Shown here one piece after another: positions 39,680 through 51,112 of a DNA stretch of 64,000 bases (its first letter is position 1; every line of letters starts with the position of its first letter). Origin of the DNA: Bugula neritina. Lineage: Eukaryota; Animalia; Bryozoa. Made by a program: the position numbers and the translations under genes. The notes beneath the pieces were generated by a model, which saw only the letters and a list, made by a program, of their open reading frames with translations, had not been told where the DNA came from and did no database searches. Location: NCBI GenBank assembly GCA_964035545.1, contig OZ037765.1, positions 11,666,698-11,730,697 of the forward strand, in the 5' to 3' direction.

Positions 39680-42600
39680 TCATACTTCAAAAGCGGGGAA
39701 CTTTGACGCAGCAGGACTTAAGATATCGTACAGGAAGTATGCGGTACCAGCCATTCCTACAAAAAGCACTAGCAAATAAAACACTTCAAATCTACAACAT
39801 TGTGCGTATTTATTAGTTCTACTAACAAAAGGCCTTAGGAAAATCCTACCTTCAAATAAAGAGTACGGCCTGTCCGGTGTACGACACCCATGTCGCCCAT
39901 AATCACAGCACCACAAGGCAAACTGAAAAAAAAAAACTTTCAGAAAGTAAAGTTATGCTCATAGACCAACTGCAATAGTTTCAGATATTATTTGATGTCT
40001 TCACAAGGTAATTGGATATTACAATGTAAACTTGAAAGTTGAAAATAAATATAATATCAAATATGCCAATATCCGACTCTTTGAGAGCAAATTCTACTAA
40101 CTTACTAAGTAATAATAATAGATTATGCAATAGCATAGTATTACAAGTCTAGCACTTTAGCTCAAATCTGTGAAGCTGATGAAATGAAAAAAAATTAATG
40201 AGCTGAGATTCGGCAAGTGCTAATTTATTTTTGTGTTGGCAAAATTCTGTCATAAAATATGTATTAGACAGAAACACAAGTATTCTATAAACTTGATTTA
40301 ATATTAGCATAATATAATAATTACCTGACAAGCTCTGTGAAGATGCTTTTTATCTTCGGAAAGCTTGTAGAGACTGAGAAATGTGTATGCGTTCCCAGCA
40401 ACACCATGGCAGATTCCATATCCTTTTTTTAATAACCCTCTTTTCCAAACAACATCCCCGCATGCCATGGCTGCCTGTTTGTAATTTTCATTCTTGTATT
40501 TCTACAGCAAGAATAAGTAGTTGCTCAAGCTATATCATAAATGCCTTAAAAATTCATGCAATATAACAAAATTAATCATATCTTAGTGCCTAACTAGACA
40601 AAACTAAGGGCTTCATAAAACTGATTGATTGATTTATTACATATCACAAACATGACAACACGTTGCAAAATTCAGTGTAAATACTGGCTATAATAAGTAG
40701 GAATGAACAAAAATAAGAGAAAAAATCAAAACTCTGTTGGATTATTTAAAATAAAAGCTCATTTAAAGTATTTACAAGATGCCGCAAGAAGCTATCTCTG
40801 CCCCATGCCCCTCTATATTTGATGGTTCGATATCTTCCAGAAGGGCATTGACTAAGAAAGTTGTTGATGAAATGGTCATTGTCTGTTATATATTTGATGG
40901 CAAGTTCTTTAGTGAGTTTCTGAATGTGCAAATCAATGTTTAGATACTTAATTCCGAGTTTTGAGCAATCTTTGAGAATTCTTCGAATAGCCTTTTTATC
41001 ACTGGCATAGATACAAGTAAAAATAGTAGGTAGACAATAGGCGATGCGGGACATGATGAAACTTTTGAATAGCATATTTGCTAGAGGTTTAGAGCTAAGA
41101 TACGCAAAATTCTTCACAATATACATTCTTCTTGATGCTGTTGTTACTACTGATTGTACATGTTCATGAAATCTCAAATTCTGATCCACTAACACACCAA
41201 GATATCTCACTTTTTCAGACAATACAATGTTTGTTCCATTCAATACGAGAGTAGGGGTATGAGGTTTAGCACGTTGGGTTGAGAACATCATTTCTTGGGT
41301 CTTGCTAGGGTTTAATAATAGATTTAAATCATCACATTGCTTAGAAATTCTTTTAATCTCGTCAAAGTAAATATTTAGATCAGACTGTTTGCCAATGCAG
41401 CCAATAATGCAAGTGTCATCTGCATATTTAATTACGGTGATGTTGCTCTGGCTTGAGGTAATCCTATTAGTGTAGATAGAAAACAATAGTGGAGATAAAC
41501 AGCACCCTTGGGGAGTTCCTGTGTTAGTTATGATTGGATTTGATGTTATGCCATCCACTACTGTGCGCTGTACTCTGTTTGTAAGAAAGCTGTAAATCCA
41601 CTCAGTAACATTGGAGTCAAGATGAGTTAGTTGCGTAATGAGGTCTGGAATAGATATAGTATTGAATGCAGAAGAGAAGTCTAGAAAGAGGCACCTTGCG
41701 TAATTGGATGCTTTCTTATCAATGAAACTTGTCACAGTTGTAGTTAGACATAACAGCGCATCTTGTGTAGAGCGATTTGTACGATATGCGAACTGATATT
41801 TGTCCATAGGTGTATAAGTTATAATGTAGTGTTTGATGAGCCTTTCCAGCATTTTGCATATACAGCTTGTGAGAGCAATTGGACGATATTGTTTAAGTAG
41901 TTCAGGATTTTTGACTTTAGGAAGTGGCTTGATCATTGCAGATTTCCATGAATTTGGAGTTGTCTTAGATTGGATGGAGAAAGTAAACAGTTTTGTAAAG
42001 ACAGGTGCTAGTTGATAGCAGCAGATTTTTAAAACTTTCGGAATGAGACCATCAGGACCTGCACCTTTTCGTGAGTTTAGTCCCTTTAGCTGTTTGAGAA
42101 CAGCGTCTTCTGATATTTCCAATGGAGGTGCACTGATAATGTTTCTATCAAAAACAGGCTGATGAGATATAGGCTTTTCATATCGGGTGAAGAAGGTATT
42201 TAGGTCATCAGGTGTAAATGGGTTAGCTTTAGCAGTAGTTGTCTTGCTGTGTGGTAGACCACTTATTTTCTTTATATCAGTCCATGCTTTGGCTGGTTGA
42301 TTTACTAATTGTAGTTGAATTTTCTTAGAGTAATTAACTTTGCTGTTGGTTATAGATCTGGTGATGTCACGTTTGAGCTTATTATATAGTTTACGGTTTC
42401 CATCTTTGTGGGCTACTTGTTTTTGATAGATCATTTCTGTAATATGTTTAGTAATCCAAGGTTTCTGATTGGTACATGTTCTGAAGCTTTTCGTGGGTAT
42501 GCAAATATCTGTGCAGAAGTTTATATAGTCTGTTACAATTTCAGTTTGTTGATGGATGTTATCATCATCAGAGAGCAGATTATTCCAGATAGTAATGTCC

Positions 42601-45600
42601 AATGCTGCTTTCAGCTTTTCACAGTTCTCTTCAGAATATATACGTCTGGTGACTCGAGTTGGTTTGTATTTAGATAATGGTGTGTAGGTTGGTATGAGAT
42701 GTGTTATAAAGTGATCTGACCCACCAAGCTTTGCAAGTTGATGGCATTGTTTGAAGGCATCTTTGATTCTGATATAGCATTTATCAAGAATTTTATTGTT
42801 GCGGGTAGGTGTTTTGACTGTTTGATAGTATCCATCAAGTTTAATCGGAAGCTGATTAAAGTCTCCCATTACAAAAATGCAAGAATCAGGGTGCTTTTTT
42901 TCTAGTTCTTTAACATGTGTTGATATTGTTTTAGCTGTGGATGAAGCATTTTGTTTTAGTCTAGAAGCACCGGTGAAGGGAGTATAGCATGAAACAGTGA
43001 TAATTGAAGTAAACTCTCTTGGAAGCCAGTCAGGTCTTGATTTAATTGTCATAATTTCACAGTGATTGTCCATATAGTTGAATATAAGATTGTTATTTGT
43101 TGACCATTTGTTGTCAATATAGACTAGAATGCCTCCTCCACAGGTTTTACCGCTAGCATCTGGAAGTCTGTCCATACAGAACTGCTCATAACCTTCAAGC
43201 TCAGTTCTTGAATGTAGCACATCTGGAGTAAGCCAGGATTCTGTTATACAAATAAGCTGAGATTGGTTACTAAGTCTTTTAGTTTTAAGGAGACCATGGA
43301 GTTCGTCGAGTTTATTTCTTACAGATTGTGCATTAGTGAGCACAACTGCAGGTAGTGGTACTTTACCAGTTTTAGTACTGTGGTTGACTCTAACTCCGCC
43401 ACGCTTGCCCCTCTTTCTAGATCGAAGAAGTCTCGGATCAATAACCTTTACTGCGTGTTTGTAGTTAGTGTTCCAAATATCTTTCAGCTGATGTCGAGTC
43501 ATAGAGCTTTTAATATCCAACAGAGCTTGATAATCCATAATAATATGTTCAAGGCCTTTCACTCCTCTTGGCTTGTAAATGAGGGTGATTATAAGCCAGC
43601 ATAAACAAAGGCTGCAATAACTGCGCCACAATGTCAACAGTAAAAGCATTACAGAGAGCATTGAAAACACAACCTCCCTCTGCGAGAGCCAACTGCCAAA
43701 CAAATAACAAATTAAGCAGCGAGTAGAGAGAATTGGCTTAAGTTTTAACAGCATTACTTAAAATCGTAGATCTAAAACTTATCAAGAATAATGCAGATGA
43801 AGTTTTAATCAAAAGATAGAGACCTAACAGCTAGCAGCGACTAGTTTAACATTCAGTACGCCTCCAACTTCCATTTTTTAACAGTTGAGCGACAAAACAT
43901 AACCAAATCTGCTAAAAGGCAAATTTTGATAAAATTAACATACAAGCCGAAAATGTCAAACCACAGAATATAGAATGCCAATAATGGGTTTGAACGTACA
44001 GAGCAGTGTGGGAGGGAACCCTTCTTAACTAGGTCAACTTTAAAAAAGTGGCTGGATAGTGAGCTTAGCATAAGAACTCATACCATACTACACAGGGGAT
44101 CCCTTGCTAACACTGTTCAGTTGTACTTGCCATCAGCAAGCAACTTTAGTTAGAATGAGTTTTGTTCACTTATAGTTTGTTATATAATATTTAGGTTACT
44201 TATTATAGTAGACCAAAAAACCGGATATGATTATCATGTAATGTTATTTCCTTTACACTAGCTAAATTTTTATATAGCTAAAATTTTAGTTTTACTTGAT
44301 TAAAATTGTACTAAATGAAATGTTGCTAATCTTCAGTTAATGATATCTATAGTTTCATACACAAAAATACATTTTACTATATTAAATAACAAGATTCAGG
44401 AGGGCCCTTGTTGCATCAAAATCTGAATGTTTCCTGTTTGTAAGAAACATCATTCACTCTAAAGTCTCTACTAATTAATATTAAATTAAAATTGAGCAAG
44501 TTTTGTTAGCATAAACTAACCTGATAGGCTGCAACAAGCATATTCACAAAGCCAGGTGCTCCATGACACCAGTGAACAAGTCTATCTCTTTCACCACTCT
44601 CAAAAGAAGATGGGAAGTTACCAGAAGGAAATTGTAAATCAACTAGATAGTCTATCGTAGGTATCAGCAGAGAATCTATATTCAATTCAGGATATTTGCA
44701 GACAACCTACAAAGTAACTCAAATATTCTAAAAACACGTTAAAAAACCACCACAAACAAAAATGGTGGTAAATCAGTTAAAACAAAGTTGAGTTGACAAC
44801 AAAGATGATCAGTTCATGTTATAACTCTCAATAAAATTCTGAGTTTAGCTATAATATACTAGAAACATTTTAGATTAGTAATTAATTTTATTACTAACCA
44901 CATAGTATAAAACTATTCTCAAATCTATAAAACCAAAATATATTTGCGAATGACCAGTCTTCAAGTTCGCCTTTAATATAATTTGAGCAACGCTGGTATA
45001 GTATTCAACAGCAAAGTTTTTCATATCTGAGTTCACTAGTACCTTAAGCAGCAAATATATTATGCCAGCATAACCATGTGCTGCTCCATAGTATTGCTTG
45101 TCATGCCAAGTGAAAAGCAGAGGCAAGCTTTGTCTACAATTCTTAGCAGCTTGTGAACCACACATAACAATGGCTTGAGCAACCTTTGTTGGAGAGAAAA
45201 ATTAAAGCAATTATCACAAAAATGTAAAAATAACACTCATCACTTGATTCCTCAGACTTCAAGCTAGATAAACATTAAATAAATTCTAATTCTTATTTCT
45301 TTATTTATTGGTGACAATTTTTATTGTGAAAAGTAGCTAAAAGCTAGAAATGAGAAATCAAGTGATGATATAAAAGGAATCAGTGAGTCACCTTAAGCAG
45401 CAAGTAGATGATACCAGCATGGCCATGGGCGGCCCCAGTGTAATACTCATTATACCAACTGTACATTAGGGGGCATCTACTCTTTAACTGTCCAGATAGC
45501 TGATGGCCAAATTTAACTATGGATGTGGCTACCTGGTACAGCCAAAGATTGAGATATATACAAGTTAGAAAACATCTGAACAGTAAAGCATGTTTTTTTA

Positions 45601-47502
45601 TTTCTAATTGCAGCATTCACATATTTTTTGTTTCTAGCAACTAGCAAAACAAACATGATAAATATTAAACTAATGGTTAAAATCGGCTTTAATGATTTTA
45701 CGATTAAATGTTACATTTGTTAGTATTTAAGATTGAATAAAAGTGTAAACAGATCTATTTCACATTTTGTGAAAAGTATAAAACTTTTGTAGAAGCACCT
45801 ATATGGCTTGCTACCTCCCCCCAATAATTGAAATTATAATCTATCGTATGTAACTCTTGTATTACTACCATACTTACATTTATTATGCTCTGTTTGCTGA
45901 TAGTTGTCTCCCCTAACTCAGTCTGTAGTAACAACAGAGTGTATAAGTAGCCAGCCCGACCATACAGCAGCTCATTAGGTAAGCTAGAGCTTTCACACAC
46001 TTCTTTTTCCATTTGAATAATCCTAGTGAGCAAACCAGACATACAATGACATCAGAAATTTTCCTTTTCAAATCCAACACCAATTTGTGCAGTTTCAGCC
46101 GCCTTACATATTCTTTCGTTAAACTGAATCGCATTTTATGGCCATAGTTCTATAATTTGGCATTAATTGTTGCTAATATAAATGGAACCAGCAACATGAA
46201 ACATTGAATATGTATCAGAGAGCAAGTGTAAACCCTAATGCAATATGTTACTGTATCTTATAAACCTGGCAATACATTGATCTCTTTGGGTGATGTACTG
46301 AGTACCAAGTCTGTTATATGCCAAAGCAGCCACTGCCAACGGACCACAGTCTCCACACAGGAAGGTACAATCTTTATGTTTACCTCGCAAATGTTTAAGC
46401 GATGCTTGTACTAAATCTAAAGCTTTCTGGGAGTTTCCTAACTTTAGGCAAAGCAATGCTACACCTGTAAATATAAGAACATAATAATTACAAAACACTA
46501 TAAATGAATAACATTACTCTACATTCGAGACAGTGCTTATTAATGCTGAACAAAGGGCATAATGATGGCAACAGCTGGATTTGTCTTCTCATTCTCAGCT
46601 GCAAAAGCTTTTATAATAATTACTTATTGACTGTTGCTCTCGAAAGTTTAAACTTCGATTCTATTGGTTAGTAGTGTTTTAGAGATATGAGTATGTCTAG
46701 CAACTCATGTTGATAACATTACACTAACAAACTGATTAAACTGATGATGGTATTCAGAATTCTCATCTATCAATTGAGTCTAAAGAACCTTACTCTATTA
46801 CTCAATAAACTGTACAATTATAACTTAAAATACTTCAAAGCTACAGCAGTCAGGGATTAGAACACCCTTGATTAATTAAATATATCCAGCAAAACTATTT
46901 TAGCTTCTGCATTCTACTGAATACTAGTTAATAGTATAAACCTGACAAGTTTATTCAACTGCATATTAGTATTACACTAGTGGAAGCATAAATTTATGAA
47001 TTGAGTGTAAACTATCTTTAACGAAAATTTTAGCCTGCATGCATGTCTCTGATTTATGAGGATACAACACATACTGTAACTTGGACAATTGATCAGACAA
47101 ACCTGAGTAGCCAGTATACACGCTGTAGTCATTTCCATCAACAATAGAGGGATTAGAATAAGCTGCCATAACTTCATTCAGCATCTTGTCTGCAAACGAT
47201 CTTAACTTTGCACTGTAGTTTTCACTCAGACACTAAAATTGTAAAATTTAAACATTGTGAAAATAAATATTTATTATCTAATATTTTTCTTAAAATTGCG
47301 AGCAAATTTGTCACAATAGTTTAAATTTGCAATTTAAAATAGTAATAGCATTTTTATTGCAAAACCACTGAAACATAAGTACGCAATAATATAGAAAGTA
47401 AAACTATTTGCATACTTCACCAGAACTGTCCAACAGGCTATCCACAATACTGCCATAATCAGGTAAATGATTTACAAAAGCTTTTTCATCTATGTTCTCC
47501 AT
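39680..47502 (-). CDS. LANCL2: LanC-like protein (LANCL1/2 family), 404 aa when one of two alternative exon-5 copies is used
   Basis: Exons 47502-47416, 47232-47103, 46464-46266, 46022-45878, [45532-45392 or 45183-45043], 44706-44521, 40501-40325, 39922-39850, 39756-39680. Motifs [58 protein letters not shown] and GICHGVAGN (Zn ligands C, C, H), [19 protein letters not shown]. Constitutive exons look closer to LANCL2 as I recall it. Confidence 0.95.
40622..44024 (-). mobile_element. Apparently full-length non-LTR retrotransposon, Rex1/Babar-type, in LanCL intron 40502-44520, same orientation as host
   Basis: Uninterrupted APE+RT ORF; 3' end on minus strand reads AATAAA overlapping (AATC)3 at 40640-40622. 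5' boundary approximate; no convincing TSD. Confidence 0.9.
40746..43754 (-). CDS. LINE ORF: apurinic-like endonuclease + reverse transcriptase (1002 aa)
   Basis: True ATG at 43754. KRGKRGG; endonuclease motifs [37 protein letters not shown]; RT motifs [50 protein letters not shown]. Confidence 0.95.
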   Translation of the reverse strand: MLLKLKPILSTRCLICYLFGSWLSQREVVFSMLSVMLLLLTLWRSYCSLCLCWLIITLIYKPRGVKGLEHIIMDYQALLDIKSSMTRHQLKDIWNTNYKHAVKVIDPRLLRSRKRGKRGGVRVNHSTKTGKVPLPAVVLTNAQSVRNKLDELHGLLKTKRLSNQSQLICITESWLTPDVLHSRTELEGYEQFCMDRLPDASGKTCGGGILVYIDNKWSTNNNLIFNYMDNHCEIMTIKSRPDWLPREFTSIITVSCYTPFTGASRLKQNASSTAKTISTHVKELEKKHPDSCIFVMGDFNQLPIKLDGYYQTVKTPTRNNKILDKCYIRIKDAFKQCHQLAKLGGSDHFITHLIPTYTPLSKYKPTRVTRRIYSEENCEKLKAALDITIWNNLLSDDDNIHQQTEIVTDYINFCTDICIPTKSFRTCTNQKPWITKHITEMIYQKQVAHKDGNRKLYNKLKRDITRSITNSKVNYSKKIQLQLVNQPAKAWTDIKKISGLPHSKTTTAKANPFTPDDLNTFFTRYEKPISHQPVFDRNIISAPPLEISEDAVLKQLKGLNSRKGAGPDGLIPKVLKICCYQLAPVFTKLFTFSIQSKTTPNSWKSAMIKPLPKVKNPELLKQYRPIALTSCICKMLERLIKHYIITYTPMDKYQFAYRTNRSTQDALLCLTTTVTSFIDKKASNYARCLFLDFSSAFNTISIPDLITQLTHLDSNVTEWIYSFLTNRVQRTVVDGITSNPIITNTGTPQGCCLSPLLFSIYTNRITSSQSNITVIKYADDTCIIGCIGKQSDLNIYFDEIKRISKQCDDLNLLLNPSKTQEMMFSTQRAKPHTPTLVLNGTNIVLSEKVRYLGVLVDQNLRFHEHVQSVVTTASRRMYIVKNFAYLSSKPLANMLFKSFIMSRIAYCLPTIFTCIYASDKKAIRRILKDCSKLGIKYLNIDLHIQKLTKELAIKYITDNDHFINNFLSQCPSGRYRTIKYRGAWGRDSFLRHLVNTLNELLF
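45043..45183 (-). CDS. LanCL alternative exon 5b (LANCL2-like)
   Basis: ttttctctccaacaaag acceptor, 141 nt, phase 0/0, [50 protein letters not shown]|gtacta donor. Confidence 0.85.
45237..45368 (-). promoter_or_regulatory. Intronic RNA stem-loop between LanCL exons 5a and 5b (candidate splicing control element)
   Basis: Arms 45237-45254 (tcatcacttgattcctca) and 45351-45368 (tgagaaatcaagtgatga) are reverse complements at 17/18 positions; the mismatch is a G-U pair in the minus-strand transcript. Regulatory role is inferred. Confidence 0.65.
45392..45532 (-). CDS. LanCL alternative exon 5a (LANCL1-like)
   Basis: cag acceptor, 141 nt, phase 0/0, [50 protein letters not shown]|gtgact donor. Confidence 0.85.
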
Positions 47503-49532
47503 TATTTTTTCTTTTCTACTATTCTAAAACTTGTACAAACTGATGAAAATCTAAAATATAAATCCCAAAGTTAATTTTAATTTCATACACCTAGAATTTG
47601 CCATCAACAAAATAACATAAATATTAGGCAACATGAAAGATGTTTATGCCACTAGATAATAGCAGCTTATTAGCAAAAAATCTGTTTAATGAACTTCAAA
47701 CAAATATCTTTATGATAATAGTATAAATGTAAATTTTTCATATTATTTAATTACTATCAGTAAAACTTTGAAATATAGACCGAGACAAGCCCTGTAGAGC
47801 CAGGACTAAGAAACAAGTGAACCACAACTCTAACACTTATGTCATTGGGTGCACAACAATTCAATATTTGTTAGAGCAATTTATTAATTATTGTAGAGAT
47901 GAATTCCTGCAGCTGTAATTCCATTGATTTAACATTAAAATAGAATCTACGGAACTCCAATTTCAGTGTTTGGTTAACTATGGTCTGCTTTTTGTACCAC
48001 AGCTACTGCTAGCAAACAGAAATGTAATTTATGGTGTTTCGTTATCAAAGCTAGGGGCTGACAGTAACACAGCTATGATTTGCCAATTCAGATTATAACT
48101 GCTGTTGGCAGAGACAGTGACAGAAATTTCATAAAAAAATCGTTAGCAATAGAGTTTAACTAAACTTAATCGCCACTATAGTCAATCCTCAAATAATATT
48201 CAGTGATTACTTCGCAAAAAGTGATTCACAAATAATGAGCAAAATTTTTGTCTAAAATAATCGACTACATTCAAAGCATGTTAATAATAGACAAGTCTTA
48301 TCAGAGAAATGGCAGTATTTATGTTTGAAGGCAATAAAACATTATTCAAGAAAAACTCATATTTTCACCAGATAGGTGCCTTCAAATGAGTTAAACTGTA
48401 TGGTCAATAATAACCGGTACATAAACATAACAAAAACAATGAAACTATTTACTAATTACTATATACATTAAATACTAATTCTTTTATACATTAAATACCT
48501 ATAAATTTCCTATTTTTACGAATAATATTTGTGAAAAACTCAGAAATAACAAAACCAAATAAAACCTGAAATTAATTTTAAAATTTGTAATAACAAATTA
48601 CGATCTAGGTCCTAGGAGCATTATTAGTTAGTTTTGATTTGTCAAGTCTCTGTTTATCGCAGGCAGTTCAACACAAAGCCCTCCCTAAGGTCACCACAAC
48701 TTTTCAAAAATATTGTTTTATGTCTACAGTAACTAAAAACAATATTTATATAAATATATTAGCAGTGTTATTAATAATAGTGGTTGAAATGCTTTATTGA
48801 AAAATCTCACTATGGCTATTAGTATTATAACTATTGACTATTGTCTGTACACTGAATAAAGTAACCATACCAGTCTGATCAAATGACCAAATTCAACCAA
48901 TATATATAAAATACTATTTACTACTAATTAATAATTACATACTGATTTAGTCATTCACATTGCAGAGTGATAAACAAGTTTTAAATTAGCATAGACCTAG
49001 TCATTAAGCGATTATCATTAAGGTTTTCTGAATCATAAATATCATTAATTATTTTATATAATAATAATAGTAATATTCACATTTCGTGATTTCTATCTCA
49101 ACCTTCAAAATTAAATTTAAAATTACAACTAAATTAATATTAACCAAACCACAAAATGGTTAAATTTCATCTATTAGTATTGATACTCATGGATAAAAAT
49201 TGACCAAATCTAATTTAATTTTAACTTATGGTTTCAAGTAAATCTGAATCTCATTTAGGTACACTCATCAGTGTTCTTTCGATTCTCTGATTCAATGAGT
49301 AATTCTACAAGATGAAAATGATCAATAAATGATCATGATATTGATTATCATAATCCTTATGATTATAACTTAAATTATTCAGCAAATGTAACACTAATAG
49401 TAATTTTAAAAATAAATCTGATATCAATATGAATTATGAATATGAATACAGAACATCAATGTGGAACTACAAAATTACTTGCATCATTATCATATTGATA
49501 CTCATTCAATCATTGTAAATAAAACCAAACCC

Positions 49533-49700
49533 TAATATTAATACTAATACTAATAGAGTAATAGTAATACTAATAGTAATACTAATACTAAAAGTAATAC
49601 TAATACTAATACTAATAGTAATACTAAGTCTAATACTAATATTAATAGTAATACTACTTATACAGTATAACTTATAGTAATTACTAATTTATAATTAGTA
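49533..49700. repeat. Degenerate (TAATAC/TAATAG)n microsatellite
   Basis: Direct reading; reverse-complement family of the 33.8 kb and 51.0 kb tracts. Confidence 0.8.
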
Positions 49701-49919
49701 ATTAATATAAGTGTGTACAATAATTATTAATTTGGTCATACAAAATTACAAAAAATATAATACGACAGATGAAATAATAATTATTAAATAATTTTACTGA
49801 CATAAAGTTAAACAACCGTCATTCTGCTTCTAACAAACTCAGCATTCTAACAAAATACTTAAACTTAAAACTTGAACTTAAACTTAGACTTGAAATACAA
49901 AATTTAAAAATAAACTTAC

Positions 49920-50370
49920 TTGCATTGCTTTTGCACAGACCAAGATTCTTAGCAACTAGTATATCGGAATTCAAGCATGTTTGCCAAGTTACCCTGGTCT
50001 TCTATTATCCTATCATTGGAGATAAGAAAGCTGCTATGAATTTGAGAAAATAACTCTCCGCAAATAAACAAAATGCGCAAAATTTCATGTATGGCAAATG
50101 ATATTATTATTGCTCAAGTGTTCTGGCTTGGACACGAGTCTAGGCTTATTATATTGCCTTAAATATTTCGTGCTTTATTCATAATGTGCACGATACTTCA
50201 ACGAAGTATATTATTAATAATAATAATGTGCTTGTATAAGGAACTTTTCTAGCTTTCAATATCACTGTGGCTGCGTTACTCCACAGTGGATGTGATGACT
50301 GTTGCAATCACAAATTAATTATAATAAAATAAATATAATTATAGAGTTGTAACTAAGTACGCGTAAAACC
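49920..50370. promoter_or_regulatory. Putative bidirectional promoter / first non-coding exon (LanCL / PCSK5)
   Basis: Between divergent genes; CpG-containing; minus-strand donor caa|gtaagt at 49919 fits a LanCL 5'UTR exon. Confidence 0.4.
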
Positions 50371-50394
50371 AGTGACCATTATGATTATTCACTA

Positions 50395-50922
50395 TGATTA
50401 TTGCGATAATCATTATCATTATGATTATGACTCATCGTTATACTTGTCTTGTACTAATACTTATAGTTATAGTTATACTTATACTTATAGTTATACTTAT
50501 AGTGATTATTATTATGATTATCCGTATTGTTCAATTTTAATTTTATCATTGTGATTGTGTAGTTCAGACTAAGTTACCGTTTTAGTTTAACTTAAAGTTA
50601 ATAGTTGAAATTAAAAACTAAGCTAATGAATAATTTTAAGTTGAACTTAATAACTTTAACTTTAAGTTAATGTTGTAGTTATTGATTATTGCGATAATCA
50701 TTATGATTATGATGATGACTCTGTCTCATCGTTATAGTGGTTATGATTATCCGTATCGTTCAATTTTAATTTTATCATTGTGATTGTGTAGTTCAGTGTA
50801 GTTCAGACTAAGTTACTGTTTTAGTTCAACTTAAAGTTAATAGTTAAAATTAATAACTAAGCTAGTGAATAATTTTAAGTTGAGCTTAATAGCTTTATGT
50901 TAAACTTAATGTTGTGGTTATT
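50395..50922 (+). repeat. Two-copy tandem duplication (units about 288 and 240 bp)
   Basis: Both units start tgattattgcgataatcattat (50395, 50683) and share tatgattatccgtat-gttcaattttaattttatcattgtgattgtgtagttcag...aacttaaagttaatagtt...ttaatgttgt-gttatt. Confidence 0.85.
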
Positions 50923-50954
50923 CACAATCACGTGGATATTCATATTGTAATACT

Positions 50955-51112
50955 GTTACTATTAGTATTGTATTACTATTGTATTAGTATTAGTATTACT
51001 GTTAGTATTACTAATGCTATTACTATTCGAAATTAGTATTACTATTAGTATTAGTATTACTATTACTCTTGAGATTACTAATACTATAACTAATTTAGTA
51101 GTACTAGTAATA
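50955..51112. repeat. Degenerate (TAGTAT/TACTAT)n microsatellite
   Basis: Direct reading: tactattagtattgtattactattgtattagtattagtattact... Confidence 0.8.

Noticed and set aside
41833-43604. Short + strand ORFs within the LINE, and antisense ORFs over RhoGAP and PCSK5 exons
   Set aside because: Shadow frames of real coding sequence.
44025-44085. Possible target-site duplication for the LINE
   Set aside because: Only loose, gapped similarity to the 3' flank at 40600-40621; not convincing.
45043-45532. Duplicated LanCL exon as an assembly artefact or dead pseudo-exon
   Set aside because: Copies are only ~51% identical in protein with unrelated flanks, yet both keep length, frame, splice sites and catalytic motif.
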